From Verrucomicrobiota bacterium (lineage in GTDB: Bacteria > Verrucomicrobiota > Verrucomicrobiia > Chthoniobacterales > UBA6821): a stretch of 32,000 nucleotides of DNA. Position numbers and translations under genes: made by a program. The notes beneath the pieces were generated by a model. It saw only the letters and a list, made by a program, of their open reading frames with translations. It made no database searches and had not been told where the DNA came from. The DNA lies in contig WBXG01000005.1 in the NCBI GenBank assembly GCA_008932965.1, positions 8,307 through 40,306 on the forward strand, read 5' to 3'. This document shows positions 1-9,147 of this stretch, one piece after another; positions within the stretch are counted from its first letter, which is position 1, and each line of letters starts with the position of its first letter.

Positions 1-104
1 GAGTGATGGGTTCTAAAGAGCACTATTCATTATCGAACGTAATGTTGAGAAGAGGATTACTCTCAGTACAAATTTCGAAATTTAATTTCATTTCGATTCT
101 AAAA

Positions 105-335
105 TTACTCCTTACCCATTACCCATCACCCATCACCCATCACCCATCACCCATCACCCATCACCCATCACCCATTACTCCTTACTCCTTACTCCTTACT
201 CCTTACTCCTTACTCCTTACTCCTTACTCCTTACCCATTACCCATTACCCATTACCCATTACCCATTACCCATTACTCATTACTCATTACTCATTACTCA
301 TTACTCATTACTCATTACTCATTACTCATTACTCA
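105..335. repeat. Head-to-tail heptanucleotide array of 33 units in homogeneous blocks: TTACTCC x1, TTACCCA x2, TCACCCA x7, TTACTCC x8, TTACCCA x6, TTACTCA x9
   Basis: Units counted directly from bases 105-335. The plus strand has no G from 96 to 347. The array ends 10 nt before the der ATG at 346. Confidence 0.97.
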
Positions 336-345
336 TTCCTTTTTT

Positions 346-1794
346 ATGTATCGTGTAGCCATTGTTGGCCGACCTAACGTCGGCAAATCCTCTCTCTTTA
401 ATCGTCTTCTGGGTAGACGTCTTTCTATTGTTCATGACCAACCTGGGGTTACCCGTGACCGGCTTGCAGCAGTGTGTGAAAAAGGAGATATCCCTTTTGA
501 AATTATCGATACAGGCGGGATTGGAGATGCACCTGACCCTGATTTTGCCGAGGCTACTCATGCCGCAGCCATGGCAGCAATTCAATCTGCAGACCTACTT
601 CTCTTTGTGGTTGATGGTCGTGCTGGGGTGACTCCGCTAGATCAAGAATTAGCTCAGCAACTACGTCGAACCGATCGCCCGCTTCTCCTCATTGTTAATA
701 AAATCGATGAAAAAATGCACGAGTCATTTGTAAGTGATTTTTATGAGCTCGGTTTTGATCAGATTTTAAGCGTGAGTGCAGCCCATGGTGTGGGACTGCA
801 TCATTTAATGGAGTCTATTGAAAAACATCTTGGGGTATGTGACGAAAAACAATCTCTAGTAAAAGAGGCGATTCCAAAACTTGCTATTGTAGGACGCCCT
901 AATGTTGGTAAATCTTCTTTGCTTAACACCATTCTTGGAGAGGAGCGAACTATTGTAAGTCCTATTTCTGGCACAACACGGGATGCTATTGATATTCGAT
1001 GTGACTTAAAAGGGGTTCCCTATTTACTGGTCGATACAGCAGGACTGAGGCATCGATCCAAGCCTGATACCTCAGTGGAGATTTTTAGTGCAATGCGAAC
1101 CCAGGAGGCCTTGCGCCGTGCTGATGTTGGTATTCTTGTTCTTGATGCTACCGTTGATATTACAGCTCAAGATAAACGTATTGCCGGAATACTTCAGGAA
1201 TCTTTTAAACCTTGCCTAATTGTTGCCAACAAATGGGATCTTGTTCATAAAGAGGATGGTGGTCGTGCCTCCCAAGGTGAATACGCAGCGATGATCCGAA
1301 GTGAATTATTTTTTCTCGATTATGCACCGATTATTTGTCTGTCCGCTAAAACCGGTCAGGAAGTAGGACGTCTACTCACCGCCCTTGAAGAAGTGAGAAA
1401 AGCTGCAGAGGTCCGTATCACTACAGGAGAGCTTAATCGATTTTTTAAGGCAGTATGGGAACATCAGCCACCTCCATCACGTGGAGGACGTCGTTTTAAG
1501 CTGCTGTATGCAACTCAGGTTGCTCCCGAAGTGCGCCCTCCATTTCATGCTCCAGAATTTTTGCTCTTCGTCAACGATGCAAAATTAATGACCGACTCCT
1601 ATCATAAGTACCTTCTTCATGCACTTCGCTCGGAGTGGCCTTTTTCAGGACTTCCCATTCGACTGCGTCTTCAGGGAAGGCTCTCTCGCGAAGAGCAAGA
1701 TCGCAAGGCTGAAGGAAATGAGCAGCATATTCGAACAAAAATAGAACCGTATGTACTAAAGAGGAATGAAAAAGGAAACCGCTTAGGGGGGTAG
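346..1794 (+). CDS. der: Ribosome-associated GTPase Der/EngA (tandem GTPase domains plus KH-like C-terminus)
   Basis: There are two P-loops, GRPNVGKSS (N-terminal and at about aa 183). Each has its own DTGG/DTAG and NKID/NKWD motifs. The N-terminus MYRVAIVGRPNVGKSSLFNRL is typical of Der. Confidence 0.95.
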   Translation: MYRVAIVGRPNVGKSSLFNRLLGRRLSIVHDQPGVTRDRLAAVCEKGDIPFEIIDTGGIGDAPDPDFAEATHAAAMAAIQSADLLLFVVDGRAGVTPLDQELAQQLRRTDRPLLLIVNKIDEKMHESFVSDFYELGFDQILSVSAAHGVGLHHLMESIEKHLGVCDEKQSLVKEAIPKLAIVGRPNVGKSSLLNTILGEERTIVSPISGTTRDAIDIRCDLKGVPYLLVDTAGLRHRSKPDTSVEIFSAMRTQEALRRADVGILVLDATVDITAQDKRIAGILQESFKPCLIVANKWDLVHKEDGGRASQGEYAAMIRSELFFLDYAPIICLSAKTGQEVGRLLTALEEVRKAAEVRITTGELNRFFKAVWEHQPPPSRGGRRFKLLYATQVAPEVRPPFHAPEFLLFVNDAKLMTDSYHKYLLHALRSEWPFSGLPIRLRLQGRLSREEQDRKAEGNEQHIRTKIEPYVLKRNEKGNRLGG

Positions 1795-1828
1795 GGCCTT
1801 CAACATCGAGAATATTGACATTGTCTTT

Positions 1829-2032
1829 TTGACAAGCTACAAGACTCCACTCATGGAACAGTTCCCATATCCTACACCTCCTACTGATCAAGAGCGTATT
1901 GCTGAAAATAAACTGATTCGATTCTTCTTGTTTTCAACCCCGCCTCTCTTCATTGCAGTCCTGATAATCGTTGCGCTTCTATGTGCGGTCTGTATTGCTT
2001 TGAATTTTAATCCGATGAATTGGCTGGAGTAG
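1829..2032 (+). CDS. Hypothetical small membrane protein (one predicted TM helix)
   Basis: A 67-aa ORF with a hydrophobic stretch, FFLFSTPPLFIAVLIIVALLCAVCIAL. No recognisable family and no clear RBS. Confidence 0.3.
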   Translation: MTSYKTPLMEQFPYPTPPTDQERIAENKLIRFFLFSTPPLFIAVLIIVALLCAVCIALNFNPMNWLE

Positions 2033-2082
2033 ATTCAAAAAGTGGCCCTGTAAAATAGGGTTTGTAAAGGGGGTGACTCTTT

Positions 2083-2724
2083 TTAGGGATTTAATCGTTC
2101 GATAATCCAAGCACTTTCTTTTTTTGTGTACTGAAAACAATCATGGAGGCGGTCGCTTCTCCCTTGCCAAAATTGCATTGAATGAGGTGCAACAAGGTAG
2201 CCATTCCAGAAATCAGGAACAGGAACCTCTTGGTTTTTATATTTTTTTTTCAGTTCCTGCATGCGGCTTTCTAAAGTGTGACGATTAGAAAGCGTCATGC
2301 TTTGAAACGAGGCACACGCGGCTAACTGACTATTCCTCGGGCGAGAGTGAAAATATTTTTCTGTTTCTACACGGGGTAGTAGGCTAGCCGTTCCATTAAT
2401 TCTAACCTGGCGTTCCAAAGGTGGCCAATAAAAGAGGAGTGCGACATTGGGATTTTCAGCAATGTGTCGTCCTTTAATACTGGTGCTATTGGTAAAAAAA
2501 CGAAAACCATCCTTTTCGTATCCTTTAAGTAAAACCATACGAGAGGTTAGTAAACGGTCACAATTGGCTGTAGAGAGGCTCATCGCATTGGGTTCTGTGA
2601 TTGCATCACACATGCTTGCTTCTTGAAACCAAAGATCAAATTGTTCCATAGGGATTTTCTTAAGATCTGCACGCCGCAGTGCTCCTTGGCAATAGTCTTT
2701 ACGCTGTGAAGAAAGTGATTTCAT
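2083..2724 (-). CDS. pdxH: Pyridoxamine 5'-phosphate oxidase
   Basis: Family-typical segments are present: RMVLLKGYEKDGFRFFTN, ALLFYWPPLERQVRING, FWQGRSDRLHD and a C-terminal ERLNP. I chose the internal start MKSLSS (ATG at 2724) because the longer ORF to 2799 adds a non-conserved 25 aa. Confidence 0.88.
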   Translation of the reverse strand: MKSLSSQRKDYCQGALRRADLKKIPMEQFDLWFQEASMCDAITEPNAMSLSTANCDRLLTSRMVLLKGYEKDGFRFFTNSTSIKGRHIAENPNVALLFYWPPLERQVRINGTASLLPRVETEKYFHSRPRNSQLAACASFQSMTLSNRHTLESRMQELKKKYKNQEVPVPDFWNGYLVAPHSMQFWQGRSDRLHDCFQYTKKESAWIIERLNP

Positions 2725-3027
2725 GCAAGAAAAAAAGTATCTTTTTGTGAAGTTAAATGCAAAAAAAATATTGGACTCACAAAAAAATGGTTTTGACACT
2801 GACGCTTAGGCTGGTATTCGTAACAACCCGAATTCTAACGAAACGCATCATCTGCTCCTTACCTAAAACCTAAAATAGTAACAGAAGAATGATTATTCCT
2901 TACTCATTCTTATGATCGCTGGAGGTTTACCTTGGCTAATGTGCAGATTCTGTGTAGTGTTACAACTTGAATATTTCTCAAAATCATTCTTTGAACATAA
3001 ACTTGCTCGGTCCTTTGGATTGAACAA

Positions 3028-3103
<76 letters not shown>

Positions 3104-3139
3104 GAAGAGTATAACAACAACAACCACTAGAACACTAAT

Positions 3140-4324
3140 ATGGCTAAGGACACATTCCAACGCAACAAGCCGCACGTTAACGTCGGCACCATTGGTCACG
3201 TCGATCACGGCAAGACCACACTCACTGCTGCGATCACTACGGTGCTTGCAAAGTCTGGTAAAGCCCAAGCACGAGCTTATGACCAAATCGATGCTGCTCC
3301 CGAAGAAAAAGAGCGCGGTATTACGATTTCAACAGCCCATGTGGAGTATGAAAGTGATGCTCGTCACTATGCCCACGTCGATTGTCCAGGACATGCTGAT
3401 TATGTTAAAAACATGATTACTGGTGCTGCTCAAATGGACGGAGCAATTCTTGTTGTGAGTGCTGCTGATGGTCCAATGCCACAAACACGTGAGCACATTC
3501 TTTTGGCTCGTCAAGTAGGTGTTCCATCCATGGTTGTTTTCATGAACAAGGTAGATCTTGTAGATGATCCTGAATTACTCGATCTCGTTGAGATGGAAAT
3601 TCGCGATCTTCTTAGCTCCTATGATTTCCCTGGTGATGAAATCCCTATCGTCAAAGGAAGTGCAAAAAAAGCTCTTGATGGAGATCCAGAAATGGAAAAA
3701 CAAATTCTTGCACTCATCGATGCTGTAGATAAATACATTCCACTTCCAGAGCGTCCAAAAGACCAACCATTCCTCCTTCCTGTGGAAGATGTCTTCAACA
3801 TTGAAGGACGTGGAACTGTTGCCACAGGTCGTGTAGAACGTGGTATTCTTAAGAAAATGGAGGAAGTCGAAATTGTAGGTTTGAAGCCTACAGTCAAGAC
3901 AACAGTCACTGATATTGAGATGTTCCGTAAACTTCTTGATACTGCAGAAGCAGGCGACAACGTTGGTCTCCTACTTCGTGGTGTCAAAAAAGAAGATATT
4001 GAGCGTGGTCAGGTCATTGCAAAAGTCAACTCCATCAAGCCTCATAAAAAGTTCAAAGCTGAAATTTATGTCCTAAGCAAAGATGAAGGGGGCCGTCATA
4101 CACCTTTCTTCTCTAACTATCGTCCTCAATTTTACTTCCGCACTACCGATGTTACTGGCAGCGTTAAACTCCCAGAAGGAGTTGAAATGGTCATGCCCGG
4201 TGATAACGTAGCTATCGAAGTAGAACTCATTACTCCAATCGCTATGGAAAAAACGATCCGCTTCGCTATTCGTGAAGGTGGTCGTACCGTAGGTGCTGGA
4301 CGTGTTTCCGAAATCCTAGACTAA
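3140..4324 (+). CDS. tuf: Translation elongation factor Tu
   Basis: Full-length 394-aa EF-Tu with [17 protein letters not shown] and NKVD motifs. Very similar overall to chlamydial EF-Tu as I recall it. Confidence 0.99.
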   Translation: MAKDTFQRNKPHVNVGTIGHVDHGKTTLTAAITTVLAKSGKAQARAYDQIDAAPEEKERGITISTAHVEYESDARHYAHVDCPGHADYVKNMITGAAQMDGAILVVSAADGPMPQTREHILLARQVGVPSMVVFMNKVDLVDDPELLDLVEMEIRDLLSSYDFPGDEIPIVKGSAKKALDGDPEMEKQILALIDAVDKYIPLPERPKDQPFLLPVEDVFNIEGRGTVATGRVERGILKKMEEVEIVGLKPTVKTTVTDIEMFRKLLDTAEAGDNVGLLLRGVKKEDIERGQVIAKVNSIKPHKKFKAEIYVLSKDEGGRHTPFFSNYRPQFYFRTTDVTGSVKLPEGVEMVMPGDNVAIEVELITPIAMEKTIRFAIREGGRTVGAGRVSEILD

Positions 4325-4342
4325 TCTACGAAAATAGAAGAT

Positions 4343-4367
4343 TGGGAGTCTGAAAAAAGTACTCCCA
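4343..4367 (+). terminator. Hairpin downstream of tuf (possible terminator or processing site)
   Basis: TGGGAGT (4343-4349) pairs with ACTCCCA (4361-4367) around an 11-nt A-rich loop. It starts 19 nt after the tuf stop. The downstream T-run is poor. Confidence 0.3.
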
Positions 4368-4403
4368 TCTACTATTTCTGGATTTTAATATCCTCAAACG
4401 TAA

Positions 4404-4476
4404 AGGCCAGTAGCTCAATTGGTAGAGTAGCGGTCTCCAAAACCGTTGGTTGGGGGTTCAAGTCCCTCCTGGCCTG
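4404..4476 (+). tRNA. tRNA-Trp (anticodon CCA)
   Basis: Hand-folded 73-nt cloverleaf: acceptor AGGCCAG/CTGGCCT, anticodon loop CTCCAAA, T arm GGGGG-TTCAAGT-CCCTC, discriminator G. The 3' CCA is not encoded. Confidence 0.95.
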
Positions 4477-4582
4477 AATGACGTTCGAAATTTTTAAAAC
4501 GCTACCATTACGAATTAAAATTAGAGAAAAAGTACAAAAAAGTTCCTCGATTTTCTATTTATAGCGGGTACTACAGCACTTT

Positions 4583-4798
4583 ATGGTTCAAAAAATTAGT
4601 AACTACATCAAAGAAGTTCAAATAGAACTTCATAAGGCACAATGGCCTTGGAGCAATGAAGAGCATGGAATCAAACGCTTCAGGGAGCTTTGGAGTTCCA
4701 GTCTGATTGTCATTATTGCAATGCTCCTAGTTGGTGGTTATATCTCATTTTTTGATTTTATTGCCATTAACATCATTGGCTTCTTAACACGTTCGTAG
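4583..4798 (+). CDS. secE: Preprotein translocase subunit SecE (short, single-TM form)
   Basis: The 71-aa protein has KEVQIELHKAQWP followed by one TM helix (LIVIIAMLLVGGYISFF). It sits in the conserved position between tRNA-Trp and nusG. Confidence 0.8.
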   Translation: MVQKISNYIKEVQIELHKAQWPWSNEEHGIKRFRELWSSSLIVIIAMLLVGGYISFFDFIAINIIGFLTRS

Positions 4799-5022
4799 TT
4801 ATTAAGAGTATAGGATTTTCACGAGTAGAATTTCACTTAGTAAAATCAAAGGAAAAAAATATTATTTTCTTTGAATTTATACCTCTTTAATCTTTCACTC
4901 TTATCGCATTCACTTTAAAAGAATAGTTCTCCCTTTGTGGATTGCTTTCAATTCAACTTCTTCTTTGCGGCTGCAGAATCCGTACAGTAGCTAAATTTTA
5001 ACTTTTAACATCAATTTTAAAC

Positions 5023-5586
5023 ATGCCTCTCGCTCCTAAAGATCAATGGTTTGTCGTTCATGTGCTCTCTGGCCAAGAACAGAAAATTCACGACAACATT
5101 GTCAAACGTATTAAAACAGAAGAAATGGGAGACTCTATCTTTGAAGTGCTCATTCCTACAGAGCGGGTCCAAGAAATTAAGAGAGGTAAAAAAACGGAAA
5201 CAACCCGAAAATTTTTTCCAGGATACATTATTATCAATATGCATCTTTTTGATGCAGAGGATAATATCATTGAGAACTCATGGACCTTTATTAAAGAGAC
5301 AACGGGAATAATTGGTTTTGCTGGAACCAAAGATCGTCCTATTCCGATGAGACCAAAAGAAATTCAAGGAATGCTTGCACAGATGAAAGAGCGTGAAGAG
5401 AATATCACGCAAAAAATCATTTTTGAAGTCGGTGACAAAGTTAAAGTTGCTGATGGTCCATTCCAAAATCAACAAGGTATTGTTGAGGAAATTGATCCTG
5501 AGCGTGGTAAACTACGTGTCTCTGTTAGTATCTTTGGAAGAGATACACCTGTAGAGTTAGAATACTGGCAGGTAGAAAAAGCGTAG
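5023..5586 (+). CDS. nusG: Transcription termination/antitermination factor NusG
   Basis: The NGN domain starts QWFVVHVLSGQEQK. The C-terminal KOW motif is FEVGDKVKVADGPFQNQQGIVEEID. The gene lies downstream of secE. Confidence 0.95.
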   Translation: MPLAPKDQWFVVHVLSGQEQKIHDNIVKRIKTEEMGDSIFEVLIPTERVQEIKRGKKTETTRKFFPGYIIINMHLFDAEDNIIENSWTFIKETTGIIGFAGTKDRPIPMRPKEIQGMLAQMKEREENITQKIIFEVGDKVKVADGPFQNQQGIVEEIDPERGKLRVSVSIFGRDTPVELEYWQVEKA

Positions 5587-5792
5587 AATGTCTCCCAAAT
5601 TTTACTGATGCAACGAGGAACTGCGTCGCGTCAGTGTTCAGCTCGTCGAGTATTTTCATATACACTTATTGTTCTTCATCTGCCTCAGTGAACTTTGAAC
5701 ACATCCTTTTTTTAGTTTTCGGATGCTATTAGCTCAACGAATTTAAAACAGCCTCTTTGTTCTCTGAGTAGGTTTTTTGATTTATTTACTAG

Positions 5793-7574
5793 ATGCAAAA
5801 AAAATGGATTCTTCCTTCTTCGGCAGATTCTAAGCTAGTTGAGAGGCTTGCTAAGGAATTGAAACTACCGCTGGCTCTTACTGAGGTGCTGGTGCAACGA
5901 GGATATGCCTCTGTAGAAGTTGCTACCAATTTTCTCAATCCACGTTTGGCTCAGTTGCGACCTCCTGAGGAGATTCCAAATATTTCTGCGGCAGCAGATC
6001 GTTTGCAAGTGGCATTGCAAAAAAAAGAAAAGATTATTCTTTATGGGGATTATGATGTTGATGGCATTACTTCATTAACCTTGTTGTGTCGCTCTTTGAG
6101 AGCTTTGGGAGGTGACGTTGATTGTTTTATTCCAGAGCGTGCTTCAGAGGGATATGGGCTTAGCAAGGCAGGATTGAAACGGTGTTTTGAAATATTCAAG
6201 CCAGGCCTTATCGTAGCTGTTGATTGTGGTACAAATTCTTTTGAGGAAGCTCAAATCATCCGGGAACAAAAAATCGATCTTATTGTTGTTGATCACCATG
6301 AAATTCAAAATAGAGGTCAGGCTAAGATTTTTGACAAAACTTCAATAGTAGTAGAATCAATAGAAACATCATCATGTTTTGTCAAAAATCTTAGCTTGAC
6401 CTCTATTTTAGTAAATCCTCAGCTAGGTTCTGACTATCACTATCTTTGTAGTGTTGGCTTGGTTTTCAAGCTCGTTCATGCACTGCTCAAGCGTTATCCC
6501 GCTCCCCCTTTTGACTTACGTGAATATCTTGATCTTGTGGCTTTAGGAACGGTTGCTGATATCGTCCCTCTTACGAAAGAAAATCGTATTTTTGTGACAC
6601 ATGGTCTCAAGCAGCTAGCTAAATCACGATGGCCGGGAGTAGTAGCTTTAATTAAGATTGCGGAGGTTCAACCCCCCTTTACTACCTATGACGTAGGTTA
6701 TAAATTGGGACCTCGTTTAAATGCAGCTGGTCGTCTTTCCTCTGCTTTAGAGGCATTGGAGCTATTGCTCACTGATGATCCTAATACTGCAACTCGTCTT
6801 GCCCATGATTTGGATCTTCGTAACCGTGAACGTCAGCTCATTGAGCGTGCTGTGACCCAAGAGGCAGAGGAATTAGTGACCTCGATTTTTTCAACATCCT
6901 CTCCTAAAAGCATCGTTTTGGGCCGCTCTCATTGGCATCACGGTGTTGTGGGGATTGTGGCTTCTCGTATTTCAAAACGCTGGCATCGTCCAACTCTTAT
7001 TATTGGTTTTGATGAACAGGGTCTTGGAAAAGGGAGTGGACGGAGTATTGAAGACTTCTCTCTAGTAATGGCTTTAGAAAAGTGCGCTGCTGTTTTAGAA
7101 ACTTTTGGAGGGCATGCAATGGCAGCTGGACTCACATTAAAAAAGAAAAATTGTGACATCCTCGCTAGCTCTTTTGAGCAGGCTGCAGAGCTTCTTCTCA
7201 CAGAAGAGGAGCTTACTCCTAAATTAAGATTCCATGCAGAAATAAAAACCTCAGAGCTTGATTCCAGTTGGTTGTTGGCACAAGAGAGGCTAGCCCCGTT
7301 TGGTGCAGGAAATGCACAACCGCTTTTTCTGGCTTATTCACTAATTCCGTTGCGAGAGCCACGTCTCTTAAAGGAAAAACATCTTCGTTTTGAATTTGCT
7401 GGAAAAAAGAATGTTCCCCTCATTGGAATTTTCTTTAATGGCGCTCAAGAGCCCCTTCCAAAGCCACCGTGGGATATTGCTTTTACGCTTATGAGCAATA
7501 CTTACCTTGGAAGAACAACGATGCAACTTCAGATTGTTGCGATTCGAACATCCTCGTTATCGCAGTTGATTTAA
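5793..7574 (+). CDS. recJ: Single-stranded-DNA-specific 5'-3' exonuclease RecJ
   Basis: DHH-family motifs are present: YGDYDVDGITS, VDCGT, VVDHH and GGHAMAAG (DHHA1). The length of 593 aa fits the family. Confidence 0.93.
   Translation: MQKKWILPSSADSKLVERLAKELKLPLALTEVLVQRGYASVEVATNFLNPRLAQLRPPEEIPNISAAADRLQVALQKKEKIILYGDYDVDGITSLTLLCRSLRALGGDVDCFIPERASEGYGLSKAGLKRCFEIFKPGLIVAVDCGTNSFEEAQIIREQKIDLIVVDHHEIQNRGQAKIFDKTSIVVESIETSSCFVKNLSLTSILVNPQLGSDYHYLCSVGLVFKLVHALLKRYPAPPFDLREYLDLVALGTVADIVPLTKENRIFVTHGLKQLAKSRWPGVVALIKIAEVQPPFTTYDVGYKLGPRLNAAGRLSSALEALELLLTDDPNTATRLAHDLDLRNRERQLIERAVTQEAEELVTSIFSTSSPKSIVLGRSHWHHGVVGIVASRISKRWHRPTLIIGFDEQGLGKGSGRSIEDFSLVMALEKCAAVLETFGGHAMAAGLTLKKKNCDILASSFEQAAELLLTEEELTPKLRFHAEIKTSELDSSWLLAQERLAPFGAGNAQPLFLAYSLIPLREPRLLKEKHLRFEFAGKKNVPLIGIFFNGAQEPLPKPPWDIAFTLMSNTYLGRTTMQLQIVAIRTSSLSQLI
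6307..6409. repeat. 103-bp palindromic element embedded in frame in recJ (34-bp arms, 35-nt spacer)
   Basis: The left arm 6307-6340 (AAAATAGAGGTCAGGCTAAGATTTTTGACAAAAC) is the reverse complement of 6376-6409, with one mismatch that would be a G:U pair in RNA. It encodes about 34 extra residues between the DHH motif and the conserved NP. Confidence 0.9.
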
Positions 7575-7587
7575 TTTGATGAGAGAG

Positions 7588-8271
7588 TCAAAAATCTGAT
7601 TTTGTATCCTCAATGGGCCTTTTCATAATCGTATCCATGGCTGAATCATGGGGTGCACCAAGGTCGAGTGCTCGTTGATAATGGCGACGTGCTACTTCGA
7701 TGGCAGGTGGATTGTGTCGCATGTAATAAACTGCTAAATTAAAATGTGCGTCAGCATACTTAGGATCGAGTTCAATAGCTTTGCGTAAGGAGGCTTCTGA
7801 GATTTCATGCCACTCTTTCCGTCCAGCTACAATGCCTAGATAATGATAAGCTTTAGCATTTTTAGGATCGTACAGAGTTGCTTGAACTAAAGCTGCAAAA
7901 GCCTCATCGATCCTTTGCTCCTGAAGATCATTCAAACCAAGCAAGAGCCACGCATTAGGATTTTCTAATTTCTGTTGAAGTGATTCTTTTAGGAGACGCT
8001 CTGTTTCTTCAGTTTTATTAAGGTGAATTTCTACTGCTGCAAGATGATTGAGTGTTTCTACATCATGAGGAGTAATGCTTAAGAGCTGTTGGTATTTTTT
8101 TTCCGCAGAGGTAAAGTTTCCTCTGTCGTAATCTTTGCTTGCTTCAAGAGCAATTATGTTTGTTTCTTGTAAAACCTTTTTATTAGTAGTTGCTACTGTT
8201 TTATCCTCTTGAGCCTCGGTAGAAGCAACCCAAAGAAGAGAAAATATTAGCAAATAAAAACAGGGATTCAT
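7588..8271 (-). CDS. Secreted tetratricopeptide-repeat (TPR) protein
   Basis: N-terminal signal peptide MNPCFYLLIFSLLWVASTEAQ. Repeated TPR-like A/Y/L patterns follow (for example AKAYHYLGIV... and ADAHFNLAVYY...). Confidence 0.75.
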   Translation of the reverse strand: MNPCFYLLIFSLLWVASTEAQEDKTVATTNKKVLQETNIIALEASKDYDRGNFTSAEKKYQQLLSITPHDVETLNHLAAVEIHLNKTEETERLLKESLQQKLENPNAWLLLGLNDLQEQRIDEAFAALVQATLYDPKNAKAYHYLGIVAGRKEWHEISEASLRKAIELDPKYADAHFNLAVYYMRHNPPAIEVARRHYQRALDLGAPHDSAMDTIMKRPIEDTKSDF

Positions 8272-8290
8272 CTGTGGTGTTTTTGTAAAA

Positions 8291-9094
8291 TTAAGAGGCT
8301 AATTCCTGAGCTCTTTTAGTGGCTGCATGCACTGCCCTAATAATAGTGTTCGAAAATTGTTCTACCTCAAGAAGGTTAAGACCTGCTTCTGTTGTTCCCT
8401 TAGGGCTTGCAATCTCGGCTCGAAGGGCTGCTGGGGAATCCTCTGTTTCTAAAATAAGTGCTGCCGATGATGCTAGTACATGGGCTGAGAGAGCTCGTGA
8501 GAGTGAAGGATCAAGGCCTTCCTGGATTCCTCCTTGAAAAAGAGCTTCCAAAAAGAGCAGTGCAAAAGCGGGTCCACTTCCACTAACGGCAGTAGTAGCA
8601 TTCGTTTGCTTTTCACCAATTTCAAAAACCTTGCCGACAGTGGTAAACAATCTTGCTGTAAGCTCCATGTCATTTGCTGTTGCAGAGTGGTGTGGGGTTA
8701 TTGTTGTGACTCCCTTGCCAATACGAACAGCAATGTTTGGCATTGTACGAATGATGCGTGCCTCTCTCCCAACTGCATCATAGAGATCTTCTAATAAAAT
8801 CCCAGCTGCAATGGAGATGATTAATTTATTTTTGAACAAAGAGGCATTTTGAGAGAGAGCCTCTAAGGCCTGTGCAGGCTTGGTGCAAAGAAAAATCACG
8901 GGTGAAGCCATGATTGCTTCTTCATTATTAGAGGTAGCATTGACTTGATATTCTCGAGCAAGTTCTTGAGCTGATTCTCCATGACGTGAAGAGACAAATA
9001 TTTTTTCTTTTTCTATGAATGGGGCCTGCAATAGGCCTCTAATCAGTGATCGTGCCATTCGGCCTGCCCCAAGAAATGAAAGTGAAGGAGTCAT
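8291..9094 (-). CDS. proC: Pyrroline-5-carboxylate reductase
   Basis: N-terminal Rossmann motif FLGAGRMARSLI. C-terminal family signature SPKGTTEAGL. Length 267 aa. Confidence 0.9.
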   Translation of the reverse strand: MTPSLSFLGAGRMARSLIRGLLQAPFIEKEKIFVSSRHGESAQELAREYQVNATSNNEEAIMASPVIFLCTKPAQALEALSQNASLFKNKLIISIAAGILLEDLYDAVGREARIIRTMPNIAVRIGKGVTTITPHHSATANDMELTARLFTTVGKVFEIGEKQTNATTAVSGSGPAFALLFLEALFQGGIQEGLDPSLSRALSAHVLASSAALILETEDSPAALRAEIASPKGTTEAGLNLLEVEQFSNTIIRAVHAATKRAQELAS

Positions 9095-9147
9095 TATTTG
9101 TAATTGAGAATCGGTCTGTAAGTGAAATGCTTGAAAAATTTCAGATG

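Noticed and set aside
105-335. Possibility that the heptamer array, or the 24-bp repeat at 13070-13129, is a CRISPR array
   Set aside because: The units are only 7 bp or 24 bp and are directly adjacent with no unique spacers. No cas genes are present in the window.
3-631. ORFs 3..377 (+), 322..585 (-) and 362..631 (+) from the six-frame track
   Set aside because: The 3..377 ORF is simply the G-free heptamer array read in frame, giving repetitive HYPSPIT/LLLTPYS peptides. The other two overlap the well-supported der gene out of frame or antisense and have no family resemblance.
2793-3027. Sigma70-like promoter hexamers (for example TTGACA at ~2793) upstream of tRNA-Thr/tuf, and stray TTACTCA/CCTTAC words resembling the heptamer units
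   Set aside because: I found no -10 element at proper spacing. Single 7-mers are expected by chance several times in 32 kb.
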